A stretch of 64,000 nt of DNA, taken from positions 496,245-560,244 of the forward strand of contig JAHCIT010000001.1 in the NCBI GenBank assembly GCA_026129095.1, written 5' to 3'. The notes under the pieces were generated by a model. The model was not told the DNA's origin, did no database searches, and saw only the letters and a list, made by a program, of their open reading frames with translations. Origin of the DNA: Deltaproteobacteria bacterium. GTDB taxonomy: Bacteria > JAGRBM01 > JAHCIT01. A program made the position numbers and the translations under genes. This document shows positions 50,012 to 59,602 of the stretch, in pieces (the stretch's first letter is position 1; every line of letters begins with the position of its first letter).

Positions 50012-50766
50012 ATTTCCCTTACCAGTTTACTTCGCTCACGTCGCCACTGACGGCCCCAAAGTCCCTTTTCTGACCGGTAACCGAAACCAAGGACCATCGG
50101 GATATCCCACTTGTCACCGGATAGCCCTACCAGCTTGCCAACACGTACCGCATCCATCCCTTCCATCGGGCAGGAATCAAATCCCTTGGCGACGGCCGCG
50201 AGCATGATATTCTCGCATGCAAGGGCGGTACTCTTCACTGCCCAAACCCGCATGTCGGTATCAGACACCGGAGCACGGGGAACCGGACGGAACAACCCGG
50301 TAGCCGTCAGCGTAATATTACGAACTGCGCCGTAAATGCTAAGAGGCCCCTGATTGTACATCGTTTGAGCGAGCCGCTCGTAATAAATCATTACCGGTTT
50401 AGGAATTCCCTGTTCCTGGCGGAGCCACTCAACATACTCCTTTCGGCAGTCATTCCACTGATCCCAGCGGGCCACGCAAACAACCAGCTCTTTAGCTGTC
50501 TTTGCCGCATTCTGCTTGAAGCAGGCTTCAACCAGTTTCTGCTTCTTCTCGGGAGACCGGACCCAGTAAAATTCAAACGGCTGCAGATTCGAGCTGTTCG
50601 GTGCGATAAGCCCCATATCAAGAATGTCGTTCATGTCCTTTTCAGAAATGGACCGGTCGGAGAACTTCCGGACGCTACGCCGACGCCGGGTAACGGTCTC
50701 GAAGTTATTCCAGGATCCCTCGTAGTGCAGATCCGAAATCTCAGGCGTAGTCAGAGATGCGGGCAT
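50008..50766 (-). CDS. Nitroreductase family protein
   Basis: RRSVRKF, APNSSNLQP, GFDSCPMEG. Confidence 0.9.
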   Translation of the reverse strand: MPASLTTPEISDLHYEGSWNNFETVTRRRRSVRKFSDRSISEKDMNDILDMGLIAPNSSNLQPFEFYWVRSPEKKQKLVEACFKQNAAKTAKELVVCVARWDQWNDCRKEYVEWLRQEQGIPKPVMIYYERLAQTMYNQGPLSIYGAVRNITLTATGLFRPVPRAPVSDTDMRVWAVKSTALACENIMLAAVAKGFDSCPMEGMDAVRVGKLVGLSGDKWDIPMVLGFGYRSEKGLWGRQWRRERSKLVREI

Positions 50767-50876
50767 GAGACACCCTCCTCAAGAATAGGTCGCGATAAAC
50801 TGCCAAAGCGGTTCTCCGCGCCAACGGGATGCTATCCCATCAAGATGCGAACTGTGAACCAGATTCGGACAGAGAG

Positions 50877-50909
50877 TTGACAGGTCCACAATTTAGACTT
50901 AGTCTAAAT
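50877..50909 (+). promoter_or_regulatory. Sigma70-like promoter overlapped by a palindromic operator
   Basis: TTGACA 50877-50882, 17-bp spacer, TAGTCT 50900-50905; perfect 9-1-9 palindrome atttagact-t-agtctaaat 50891-50909. Confidence 0.75.
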
Positions 50910-50914
50910 CCAGA

Positions 50915-51319
50915 ATGGATGCAGAGGTCAAGCTTACCAGCGCCGGTATCCAGCCCTCTGCTCAACGGCTGGCCGTGGCATCGTTCGTCCTGTTTACGGA
51001 CACCCATCCTTCTGCCGAACAGGTCTGGGAAAAAGCCCAAAAAATACTCCCCATGATCTCCCGGGCGACTGTCTACAACACGCTCAACCTGTTTGTGAAG
51101 AAGGGGATTCTCAAGGAACTTGTGCTGGCCGAAGGGAGATCGGTTTACGATCCCAAAACCGGCCCTCATCACCATTTCATCGACGAAAGCACCGGCAGTA
51201 TTCACGATATCCCGTGGGAGTCACTGGATGTGAGACATGTCGATGAATTGACCGGTTTCGATATTTGTGAATACCAGGTGGTACTGAAGGGCCGGCGCCA
51301 CCGAAGCTGGAAGAAATAG
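50915..51319 (+). CDS. Fur-family regulator, Irr-like
   Basis: HPSAEQV, ISRATVYNTL, HHHFIDESTG; no CxxC motifs. Confidence 0.9.
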   Translation: MDAEVKLTSAGIQPSAQRLAVASFVLFTDTHPSAEQVWEKAQKILPMISRATVYNTLNLFVKKGILKELVLAEGRSVYDPKTGPHHHFIDESTGSIHDIPWESLDVRHVDELTGFDICEYQVVLKGRRHRSWKK

Positions 51320-51336
51320 TTACAAGAGAAATTTCT

Positions 51337-51365
51337 CCCATAATTAGACTTGGTCTAATTATGGG
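51337..51365. promoter_or_regulatory. Second operator-like palindrome / possible bidirectional terminator
   Basis: 13-bp inverted repeat cccataattagac-ttg-gtctaattatggg between convergent genes; same core as 50891-50909. Confidence 0.6.
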
Positions 51366-53017
51366 TTCCATCTCAGTTCCACAACGTCACCTGCCTCCCG
51401 GTTGAACCGCAAGCGGGAAATGCCGTCTTCCAATTCAATTACCTGATCGGCGAGATTCAGCAGGCGCGGATTGTGGGTAATGGTAATGAGCGTTTTCTTC
51501 CCCTTGAGTTCCTTGAGAAGTGATACCACTCGATCTTCGTTCTCACGGTCCAGAAACACACCGGGCTCATCAAGAATCGCTACCGGGGAATCTGATACGA
51601 GCAACCGGGCAAATGCCATCCGCTCTTTCTCGCCGCCGGAAAAGGCGGATGGATCCAGTTCCTTGTCGAGATCAATTGCCCCTACCCGGCCGTCCAGACC
51701 TACCTGAACAAGAGCTGCACGAATGTCTTCGTCGGAAACTTCGGGAGCGGAAAGCCGGAAATTCTCCCGCAGGGTGAGCCCCAGCACTATTGGCTCTTGT
51801 GTGAGCAGCACGAACAAGCGCCGACGCGAGGCAGGAGTAATCTGATTCAGCGGGATTCCGTCGACCTGCAGGTCGCCACGGAAACCTGCCAAAAGACCCG
51901 TCAATACCCGCACCAGCGTCGTTTTCCCACTACCTGACGGACCTGTGACGGCAGTCCATGAGCCTGGTCCGATTACAGCCGATACGTTTTTAAAAACTGG
52001 CCGGTCCTGCCGGTAACCGGCGACAAGCCCTGCAAATTCAATCTGGGGCGGTGATTTCCATGTCCTACTAAAGGTTTCCGGTTCCCGCAGGCTCGGTTCT
52101 GGCAATCGAGAAAGTGCTTCTAGCCCCGGCGCAAGTCCGATACCGGCCGAGAAAAACCCGGTCATTGCACCAAGCAGGAACCAAAGCGCCGGAATCAGGC
52201 CCATCTGCTCCCGGCTGAGACCCTCACCGGGAAGTATCCATAAGGCTCCAACCAGAGCGGCGAGGCGCAATGCCTCACCAATGCCTGTAGCAAGCACGCC
52301 ATAGCCAGCCACCGGTGCGGAACGTAGCTCGAGTTCACGGGATCTTTTCGCCAGTGCCTTCAGTACGGCGTCACCACCCGGCACAGCATGAAGAAGTTCC
52401 GCCCCACGGGCGGCTTCGCCAAACAAAGATGCAAGATGTGCCTCGCTTTCACTTCGAAGGCGTGCACGGCGAGCCAATAATCCACCAATAGCCCACGCCA
52501 GTGCGGTTGCGGGGAGTGCCATTAGCAATGCTCCCGCAGCCAATACGGCTGCCCCATGCCAGATGAGAAAGCCACTCAAGCCGGCGACAAGCAACGGTGA
52601 AGCGACGAATGCCCGCGGGATTGATGCAATCGCCGAAGCCGCACGTTCGCCATCGCGAAGCAGTTTTTGTACCAGCTCGCCAGCCCCTGTTCCGCTACCA
52701 CGGGGTTGATCCAGAAACTCGGAGATGGCCTGCTCCCTGAGGTCTGCAGCGATACCATGCTCAAGGCGGTTGCGAGCCATCGCCTGCCCCCATCGGACAG
52801 TTATGAGCAGCGTGAGGAGCAGTATGAGCGAAAATATATTCTGAAAATCCGGAGCCCTGCCACCTGAGAGCAGCACAACCGACTCAGCACTTAAAGCCAG
52901 CACAACGGCCGTTGCCCACAGATCCGCTCCTCCGGCAAGAAATAGCGTCCGGCGGTGTGCTGCCAGCAACTGTAGCGTTCGTTTCAGGATACGGGCTACC
53001 TTTGCCATGCCCGTCAT
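51359..53017 (-). CDS. ABC exporter, fused permease / ATP-binding
   Basis: N-terminal TMs, GPSGSGKTT, FSGGEKER, ILDEP, ITH. Confidence 0.9.
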   Translation of the reverse strand: MTGMAKVARILKRTLQLLAAHRRTLFLAGGADLWATAVVLALSAESVVLLSGGRAPDFQNIFSLILLLTLLITVRWGQAMARNRLEHGIAADLREQAISEFLDQPRGSGTGAGELVQKLLRDGERAASAIASIPRAFVASPLLVAGLSGFLIWHGAAVLAAGALLMALPATALAWAIGGLLARRARLRSESEAHLASLFGEAARGAELLHAVPGGDAVLKALAKRSRELELRSAPVAGYGVLATGIGEALRLAALVGALWILPGEGLSREQMGLIPALWFLLGAMTGFFSAGIGLAPGLEALSRLPEPSLREPETFSRTWKSPPQIEFAGLVAGYRQDRPVFKNVSAVIGPGSWTAVTGPSGSGKTTLVRVLTGLLAGFRGDLQVDGIPLNQITPASRRRLFVLLTQEPIVLGLTLRENFRLSAPEVSDEDIRAALVQVGLDGRVGAIDLDKELDPSAFSGGEKERMAFARLLVSDSPVAILDEPGVFLDRENEDRVVSLLKELKGKKTLITITHNPRLLNLADQVIELEDGISRLRFNREAGDVVELRWNP

Positions 53018-53832
53018 GTCCGGCTCCAGCGGCCAGTTCCTTCAGCCCGGACAGCACCCTCTGCGTCCAGCTTGTCCAGATGGCCCTTCATGACCTGAGC
53101 AGCCAGGGGCCTTATCCTCTCTCCGATAGTATTCCCATAAATGCGCTCAACCAGTTCTGCTATTGATGCGGGGCTGTCTTTCAGTACATCCAGTATCTGT
53201 CTTTCTCGCATCATTCGATGGTCGTAATATTCCGTCACTTTGGCTTGCGGATCGGACACGAGCGGCCCGTGGCCTCCTCGGATCTCTTTCAGGTCCAGTC
53301 CACGGAGTTTTTCCAGCGACCGCATGTATTCTGCAATTGAACCGTGCGGCGGACCGACCCAGGACGTCCCCTCACCGATCACATGATCGCCAGTAAACAG
53401 GACACCCCGTTCCTCCAGCAAAAAGCAGGTGTGTCCCATTGTATGCCCTGGTGTTCCTACAGCGCGCACAGGAATCCCTGCACCGGTTTCTATAATCAGG
53501 CCATCGGAAAGCTCCCGGTCTATTTCATCTTTCTTCACGAATGGACCGACATTCACTTCATATGGATGTGCCCACAGCGTTGCACCGGTTTCACGGCGGA
53601 TACGGGCGGCCGATTCGGCATGATCCGGATGAAAATGAGTAACAAGAATATCGGTCAGCGTGAGCCCGCGAAGCTCCTCCGCAATCAGCATCCGTGCCTG
53701 CTCATGATCATAACAGCCATCAACCAGAACTGCCTGCCTGCCCCGGACCAGCAGATAAATGTTATTGGTTTGCTCTGGCTTGAAAGCGGTCTTTCGGCCC
53801 TCGATCTCCAATGTTCGGATTTCCATATCCAT
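53014..53832 (-). CDS. MBL-fold hydrolase (LACTB2-like)
   Basis: THFHPDH, TPGHTMGH, FTGDH, GGHG. Confidence 0.9.
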   Translation of the reverse strand: MDMEIRTLEIEGRKTAFKPEQTNNIYLLVRGRQAVLVDGCYDHEQARMLIAEELRGLTLTDILVTHFHPDHAESAARIRRETGATLWAHPYEVNVGPFVKKDEIDRELSDGLIIETGAGIPVRAVGTPGHTMGHTCFLLEERGVLFTGDHVIGEGTSWVGPPHGSIAEYMRSLEKLRGLDLKEIRGGHGPLVSDPQAKVTEYYDHRMMRERQILDVLKDSPASIAELVERIYGNTIGERIRPLAAQVMKGHLDKLDAEGAVRAEGTGRWSRT

Positions 53833-53953
53833 GCTGACCGGGAAGCTAGCCGGTTCCGGTATCAAAAGCCGGGGTGCCCACAAGGGGATGAATTTTTCAT
53901 TGTCCCGCGGTCAGAAGCCGGGGTATAGTTAATTATACGGTCGGAGGTGGGTC

Positions 53954-54421
53954 ATGGATCGCAGCGCACTTCGGGAGAAAATCAAGGAACTGGAACCCAA
54001 AACACCCGTCACGGTTCCGATGGATGCATCCATCGGACGGGTGATCGGCATCATGCAGGAACGCAAGTTTGGAGCCGTTCTGGTAGTGGATGGTCATAAC
54101 AAGCTGGCTGGCATCTTTACCGAGCGGGATGTGCTCAACAAGGTTGTTGGCCACAATGTTAACCTGGAGCAGTCCAAGGTCAGCCAGCTGATGACGCCAA
54201 ACCCGGCCGCACTTTCAATGGACCACTCAATAGCTTTTGCAATGAACAAGATGTCAGTGGGAGGTTACCGGCACGTTCCGATCGTCGATACCGACCACCG
54301 CCCAGTAGGTATTGTGTCGGTCAAAGATGTGGTAAATTTTATCGTTGAACATTATCCCCAGGAAATCCTGAACCTGCCGCCAGAACCGGGAGCCGCGTTT
54401 CGTAGTCAGCACGGCGGCTGA
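53954..54421 (+). CDS. CBS domain protein
   Basis: GIFTERD, LMTPNP, YRHVPIVD. Confidence 0.92.
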   Translation: MDRSALREKIKELEPKTPVTVPMDASIGRVIGIMQERKFGAVLVVDGHNKLAGIFTERDVLNKVVGHNVNLEQSKVSQLMTPNPAALSMDHSIAFAMNKMSVGGYRHVPIVDTDHRPVGIVSVKDVVNFIVEHYPQEILNLPPEPGAAFRSQHGG

Positions 54422-54427
54422 GCTAAT

Positions 54428-55345
54428 CTACAATTTCGTTCGTCCTGTCCGAAGCGCCTCGCCTATATCACGGGCGCAATTGCCGGCAATGGTGTCGATA
54501 TCGGCTTCATCAAACGGTGGTTCCACCGTGCACCGGAAATCTGCCTCTGGGACGTCCGTTGTGACGACAATATCGTTTCCGTCGCAGAAGACGAGCGATG
54601 CCTCTCCACCGCCAGCCGAGGGAACCCGTGTGCCCCGCAATTCGGCAGCCAGTATCCGCTTGAACTGGTCCCGCGCCCATTCATTCGCCATCACCTGCTC
54701 CCGGCAAAGCCGTCCCGGCTTTTCACCTTTTTTTATTGATACCAGACGGTACCCTTGCCAAGGTGTTTTTGGCGTCGAAGCGGGGATATCAGCCGCCACA
54801 CGAGGCATTACCCCGCGCATGATGTATTGCGAAACGGCGGTTGGGTCCATTCCGCCAGGACCGCGCCCCTGGAATTTCCGGTCCCAGATACCGTGGGTAG
54901 CGCCACAGGCGACAGGGGGAGCGGGATCCGGTGCTGGATTTTCCTTTGAGCCAGCGGCAGCGCCCAAACACCAGTATACGGCGGCCGCGTAATGGAAGCG
55001 CCAGGCATCTTCACCCTGCCTGGTTTTTTCTTCGAGCTTTTCCCCCACACGGTAATACAGCAGAACATCCATCGTGAGATCGTAGTAGGAGAGTGTTTCC
55101 GGCTTCGCAGGTTCCCCTCCCAGCACCAAAAAGCGCTGTCCCCGGTTCATATTTTCGCTCTTGAGCAGCACAACAGCCGGCATACAATGGCTGGACTCAT
55201 CCGGCTTCGAGCTGATGGCCCGGCAAACCGGAAAATAACGGGCCTTTTCTGCACCTGACAGGGTCAAAGGAATCGCCAGAATGGCCAATGCCATCGGTAT
55301 TGTCCGAAGAGAACTCATTTCGCTTAAATGCCCGTTTGAAGCCAC
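54428..55345 (-). CDS. Hypothetical exported protein
   Basis: 305-aa ORF with hydrophobic signal-like segment; start uncertain. Confidence 0.6.
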   Translation of the reverse strand: MASNGHLSEMSSLRTIPMALAILAIPLTLSGAEKARYFPVCRAISSKPDESSHCMPAVVLLKSENMNRGQRFLVLGGEPAKPETLSYYDLTMDVLLYYRVGEKLEEKTRQGEDAWRFHYAAAVYWCLGAAAGSKENPAPDPAPPVACGATHGIWDRKFQGRGPGGMDPTAVSQYIMRGVMPRVAADIPASTPKTPWQGYRLVSIKKGEKPGRLCREQVMANEWARDQFKRILAAELRGTRVPSAGGGEASLVFCDGNDIVVTTDVPEADFRCTVEPPFDEADIDTIAGNCARDIGEALRTGRTKL

Positions 55346-55446
55346 GTGGTCAAACCCGGTAATTTGTATGACAGGCGTTTTCCCGCTCTCCAGGCTCGGC
55401 TAAGTTGCGAACAACCAGCTTTCGTTTTCTGAAGGAGCCCGCAGCC

Positions 55447-56127
55447 ATGAGCACTGACGGATTTCATGAACTGACAATCCGGAATGTTATCCCTATTGGG
55501 CCCGATCTTGTCCAGGTCACGATAGCGACGACGGGAACCTCCCTTGAGGCCGTTCAGCACAAGCCGGGACAGTATGTACGAATGGCAGCGGGGGAGGAGA
55601 AGCCCTCCTATTTCGCCATTGCATCGGGCCCAGGGGAAAAGGGCCAGTTTGTTTTCGTTCTGAAACGCGGATCAGCCGTCGTAGACCGTATCGTCGCTGG
55701 TAGTAACGGGAGCAAAGTCCGTTGCTCTGGGCCGGAAGGAAATGGCTATCCAATGGATAAGCTGACGCCGTCCGATAACTTGTGGCTGCTGGCCATGGGA
55801 ACCGGCATCACACCGATTCGGCCGGTGATCGAATATCTGCTTGCGAACCCCGGGCGCGTGAAGGAAATCCATCTCTATTTTGGCTGCCGGGATCGCGGAG
55901 TAATTCCATTCGCCGCTGACCTGGAGCGCTGGGAGGAAGCCGGTGTGAAGGTTCGGCTGGTTATTTCCAGCGAAATGAAAATCCATGTCCAGCAGCAATT
56001 TGCAAAGGACCATCCGAAAGCTTCGGGGATTATTTTTGCCTGCGGAAACAAGGAGATGATTGCGGAGGTGAAAGCTGCTGCCGATGCCTGCGGCATCGGC
56101 GCGGCAAATGTTTTCCAGAACTTCTAG
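55447..56127 (+). CDS. FAD/NAD(P)-binding oxidoreductase (FNR-like)
   Basis: PGQY, YFAIAS, GPEGNG, MGTGITP, ACG, terminal NF. Confidence 0.88.
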   Translation: MSTDGFHELTIRNVIPIGPDLVQVTIATTGTSLEAVQHKPGQYVRMAAGEEKPSYFAIASGPGEKGQFVFVLKRGSAVVDRIVAGSNGSKVRCSGPEGNGYPMDKLTPSDNLWLLAMGTGITPIRPVIEYLLANPGRVKEIHLYFGCRDRGVIPFAADLERWEEAGVKVRLVISSEMKIHVQQQFAKDHPKASGIIFACGNKEMIAEVKAAADACGIGAANVFQNF

Positions 56128-56206
56128 GTTGTCCAGCCCAATTCCGGTGTCATTGTCTGTCATCTCCTTCGTTTATTATGTTGGCCGCATATCAAAGGGG
56201 CCCGTC

Positions 56207-56479
56207 ATGGCACGAATATCCTTATTGATCCTGTTTTTATTACCGGGCTGCGGCGACAGCCCATGCGGAAAGGCTTGCGGCGTCGACCGGGGCTTTGAAC
56301 GAAATGGTGTCTGCTTTTGTGAAACATCCGATGGCCGGATCTACGGCCCGGTACCTAAACCGGCAGGACTTGATGATTCCGGACATGATGACGACGCAAT
56401 CTTCACCACTGAACATCAATCCTGCATTACCCCAAAGCCTGCAGCCACGCAGCACTGCTCACTTTCACCCGAACCTTAG
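56207..56479 (+). CDS. Small Cys-rich putative lipoprotein
   Basis: MARISLLILFLLPGC signal/lipobox. Confidence 0.45.
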   Translation: MARISLLILFLLPGCGDSPCGKACGVDRGFERNGVCFCETSDGRIYGPVPKPAGLDDSGHDDDAIFTTEHQSCITPKPAATQHCSLSPEP

Positions 56480-56482
56480 CAT

Positions 56483-58087
56483 TCAGTTACGGTCTTTCCG
56501 GGGCGTCCGGTTTCGCAGCACCAATATTTCGTTCCAGTGGTCTGGCATGCTTTCGAACCGGACAGCCACGTCCGGACGGCCGTCATTCTCGAAATCGGCA
56601 AGGGTAATATCATAGCTTCCCTTCAGCTTTCTGAACTGTGCTTCATCACCGGAAGTGAATATCTTTCCTTTCTCCGATCGTGAAGCCAGCACCGAATAAC
56701 GGTCCACACCGGAGTTTGTAAGCATGTCGTTCCATCCGTCCCCGTTAAAATCGGCGAACACGGGTTTCAGTCCCAACCCTGAATCGAGACGGTCGAGCTG
56801 GTAGCCCTTCGAAACGCTCCCGCTATCGCTCCTTTTCGCCGGAAATGTTCCGTCAGGATTCTGCAGGTAAACCCAGAGCTGGGGACTGATGGAACTGGCG
56901 GCAATGGCCTTCACAATGGTCCACAGGTTGAACTTGACGAACAGGAACGCGATGTCGAGCCGTCCATCCCCGTTCACGTCCACGATCAGTGGCATCTCTA
57001 TCCAGAACGGCAGGTCAACCGAAAAGTCCGGTTTGCCGGGCGCAAATTTTCCGTTCCGGTTGTAGTAGACACGGGTCCGGTGAAGCAGGTCGAGATTCTT
57101 CAGGCTCGTCTGGTCGGTGCGGGAAACCACAATGTCGGTCAAACCATCGGCGTTCAGATCGGCCGCCTCAATCCGGAAAATCGTTGCGGGCTTGCTGCGA
57201 CGGTCAATATCATCCCAAGTGTACAGTTCGAAGTCGAATTCGACCGGTTTTTCGCCAAAACTGCCGTCCGGTTTCTGAACGAATACCAGCGCCCGGTCGT
57301 CATAAAGGGTAAAAATATCAGACTTCCCGTCCCCATTCAGTTCGCCCAGACGAATCTGGGGTAGCCGGTAGGTTGTAATTCCCGACGTGGTTTCGATCCG
57401 CTTGAACATGAACACGCCCTCTGCCCATGTCTCGATTTCGGCCTTGAGCGGCAGCGCAAGCGTCGCCGCCACCTCTGCCATTTCCGCCATCGCTGCAAGC
57501 CGGAGCAGAAGCGACTGGCGTCCGAGTGGAAGCAAAAGCTCATTCACACCGTCGCTGTTGACATCAATGAGCAGCTCCAGCCGGGTCAGGTTCTTCCGGT
57601 CGGTGGTCAAAAGCCACGACGGCCCTTCGTACACTCTGACTGGTGCAGAGGGCTCACCCTTGTGGAATTCTACCAGCTCAATGCCGTCGGCCGAGAAATA
57701 AACGAGCTGGGGGATTTTCGAGCCCGACCGGAACCTGCCCACATCATAAGCCGCCACATGACTGGGTACCGCCCAGGTGCGCGCTGGAACAGGCTGAAAG
57801 CCTTCCTTTGAATTCAGGAAAAGAGCAAGCCGCTTTTCGACAGCCGGTTTCCTTTCGTCTTTCACGCTGTAAGAGGCGATAACATCGTCAAGCCCATCGC
57901 CATCCAGATCAGCCACGGCGAAATTCCGCACTTCGCCTGGTGCCGTAAGAACGCTTGATTCCAGCGTGATACCTTCGTCTGTCTGGCTTCCGGTCACTGC
58001 AGATAGTGCCTTCAGCTCCGGCTGGGCCCCCGCATTCACGGCGAGCAATAACATCACGGCACACACCGTTGCGGTAGTTCTGGTCAT
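56483..58087 (-). CDS. Exported FG-GAP/VCBS repeat protein
   Basis: Repeated D(L/F/V)NGDGxxD motifs; signal peptide. Confidence 0.88.
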   Translation of the reverse strand: MTRTTATVCAVMLLLAVNAGAQPELKALSAVTGSQTDEGITLESSVLTAPGEVRNFAVADLDGDGLDDVIASYSVKDERKPAVEKRLALFLNSKEGFQPVPARTWAVPSHVAAYDVGRFRSGSKIPQLVYFSADGIELVEFHKGEPSAPVRVYEGPSWLLTTDRKNLTRLELLIDVNSDGVNELLLPLGRQSLLLRLAAMAEMAEVAATLALPLKAEIETWAEGVFMFKRIETTSGITTYRLPQIRLGELNGDGKSDIFTLYDDRALVFVQKPDGSFGEKPVEFDFELYTWDDIDRRSKPATIFRIEAADLNADGLTDIVVSRTDQTSLKNLDLLHRTRVYYNRNGKFAPGKPDFSVDLPFWIEMPLIVDVNGDGRLDIAFLFVKFNLWTIVKAIAASSISPQLWVYLQNPDGTFPAKRSDSGSVSKGYQLDRLDSGLGLKPVFADFNGDGWNDMLTNSGVDRYSVLASRSEKGKIFTSGDEAQFRKLKGSYDITLADFENDGRPDVAVRFESMPDHWNEILVLRNRTPRKDRN

Positions 58088-58154
58088 ACTGAAAATACCC
58101 TTCCTGCCCGGAAACCGTAGCCGGAAACCGGCTGGATACAAGGAGCATCCGGTT

Positions 58155-59072
58155 TTACTTGATGATTCCCCGGTCCTTGAGAATCTGCCGGGCGGCCTTC
58201 TGAAGTGCGCCGCGGACGGTGGTGGATTCCGCGATAACACGTATCTCTCCCGGCGGAAGCAGCTTGAGCATCTGGATGGCCAGTTCCGGATTGGTCTTGG
58301 GATTACGGATGATCTTCCCCCTGATGCCGTTATCCCGCATCCAGCCGGTATTGTGCGAAATCAGACGGATCGCCTCCGGTGCTGCCGTAGGATCTCCTGC
58401 GATACGCCCGATTTCTTCCAGTGTAATCCGCTGGTTCTTGAGTAAATAGGGCATCAGTGTGGACGCATGGTGATCACGGAGCAGAATGGAGCGGGCATCC
58501 CGGCTTCCCATCATGGCCAGCTTCATCTTTTCAAGGACGGTCATTTCCTTGATCCGTTCCGACAGCGTCAGGTTTTTTTTCTCCCGGGTGCTGGCATCAT
58601 CGGCTTCGTCTTCCTCTAGAAGTGACCGGTCAAATTCGTCCTCACAGGCAGTGACTTCTGTCTTTCGAAACCGTACAGGCGGCGTTTCCCCGCGTAACAC
58701 CTCTGTCATGTACAGTTCGATTCCGGTCCGGACGAAATCCGTCACCGGTGAAAGTTCTATCTCCGCCACGGGTGGTGGGCCCTTGACAAGGGATATCACC
58801 TTCATCGGAAGGCTTACTTCATCTCCGTTGACGGGAAACTCAATGATCAGCGCGCCAGTAGAACCGGTATCCACCCCCTGTGGCGGACTGCCCACCACCC
58901 TGAGCTTCAGTTGCATCAGTTCACCCGTGTAAACGGTGAGAAAATCTGTCACATCCAGAAAACCCACGCGCAGACGGCTGCCGTTTTCCCAGCGGCTTTT
59001 CACAGCGTCCGAGTGTAGCGGAAAATGCCGGGGCGGGAGCAATCGAGTTCGGGACAGCCATTTCCCTCGCAT
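58155..59072 (-). CDS. Conserved hypothetical protein with helical-repeat C-terminus
   Basis: EKMKLAMMGSRDARSILLRD...KNQRIT...RNPKT region of a type common in deltaproteobacteria; start uncertain. Confidence 0.7.
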   Translation of the reverse strand: MRGKWLSRTRLLPPRHFPLHSDAVKSRWENGSRLRVGFLDVTDFLTVYTGELMQLKLRVVGSPPQGVDTGSTGALIIEFPVNGDEVSLPMKVISLVKGPPPVAEIELSPVTDFVRTGIELYMTEVLRGETPPVRFRKTEVTACEDEFDRSLLEEDEADDASTREKKNLTLSERIKEMTVLEKMKLAMMGSRDARSILLRDHHASTLMPYLLKNQRITLEEIGRIAGDPTAAPEAIRLISHNTGWMRDNGIRGKIIRNPKTNPELAIQMLKLLPPGEIRVIAESTTVRGALQKAARQILKDRGIIK

Positions 59073-59100
59073 ACCGCCGGGCGCTAGGATTTCGATAGTT

Positions 59101-59493
59101 ATGGTGGAGTCTTTTCACAAGCAACGCTGGACCGTGATCTATGACGGCACTTGCGGTTTTTGTACCGATTCAGTCCGCCGTATCCGGCGGATGGACCAGC
59201 AGGGCGTTTTTGACTACGTGCCCTACCAGGCCAAGGATCTGGAAGCGCGTTTTCCCGGCATCGACCGTGCTGCCTGCGAAAACGAAATGTTTGTCGTGAT
59301 GCCATCAGGGGAAATCCGTGGGGGGCCACGTGGGGTTGCGGAGATTCTGAGGGCCTGTGGCTGGCGCGTTACGCCAGCACTGATGGACGCGCCGGGAATG
59401 AGCTGGTTCGCCCGGCGGGTCTACAACGTTATTGCCGCCAACAGGAAGTCTATCGGCGGCACCTGTGAACTACCCGAAGAATGGCGTGCCTGA
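59101..59493 (+). CDS. DCC-family thiol-disulfide oxidoreductase (DUF393)
   Basis: IYDGTCGFC, YNVIAANR. Confidence 0.9.
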   Translation: MVESFHKQRWTVIYDGTCGFCTDSVRRIRRMDQQGVFDYVPYQAKDLEARFPGIDRAACENEMFVVMPSGEIRGGPRGVAEILRACGWRVTPALMDAPGMSWFARRVYNVIAANRKSIGGTCELPEEWRA

Positions 59494-59602
59494 GGCCATT
59501 TTTCTCTTTAATTTCAGTTGGTTACTTTCAAAACGTCCTCGGGTCATCCTGTAAAGACGGGTTTGGCTTTTGAGCAGGTTTGGTTCATTGTGGGCCCCCT
59601 GA

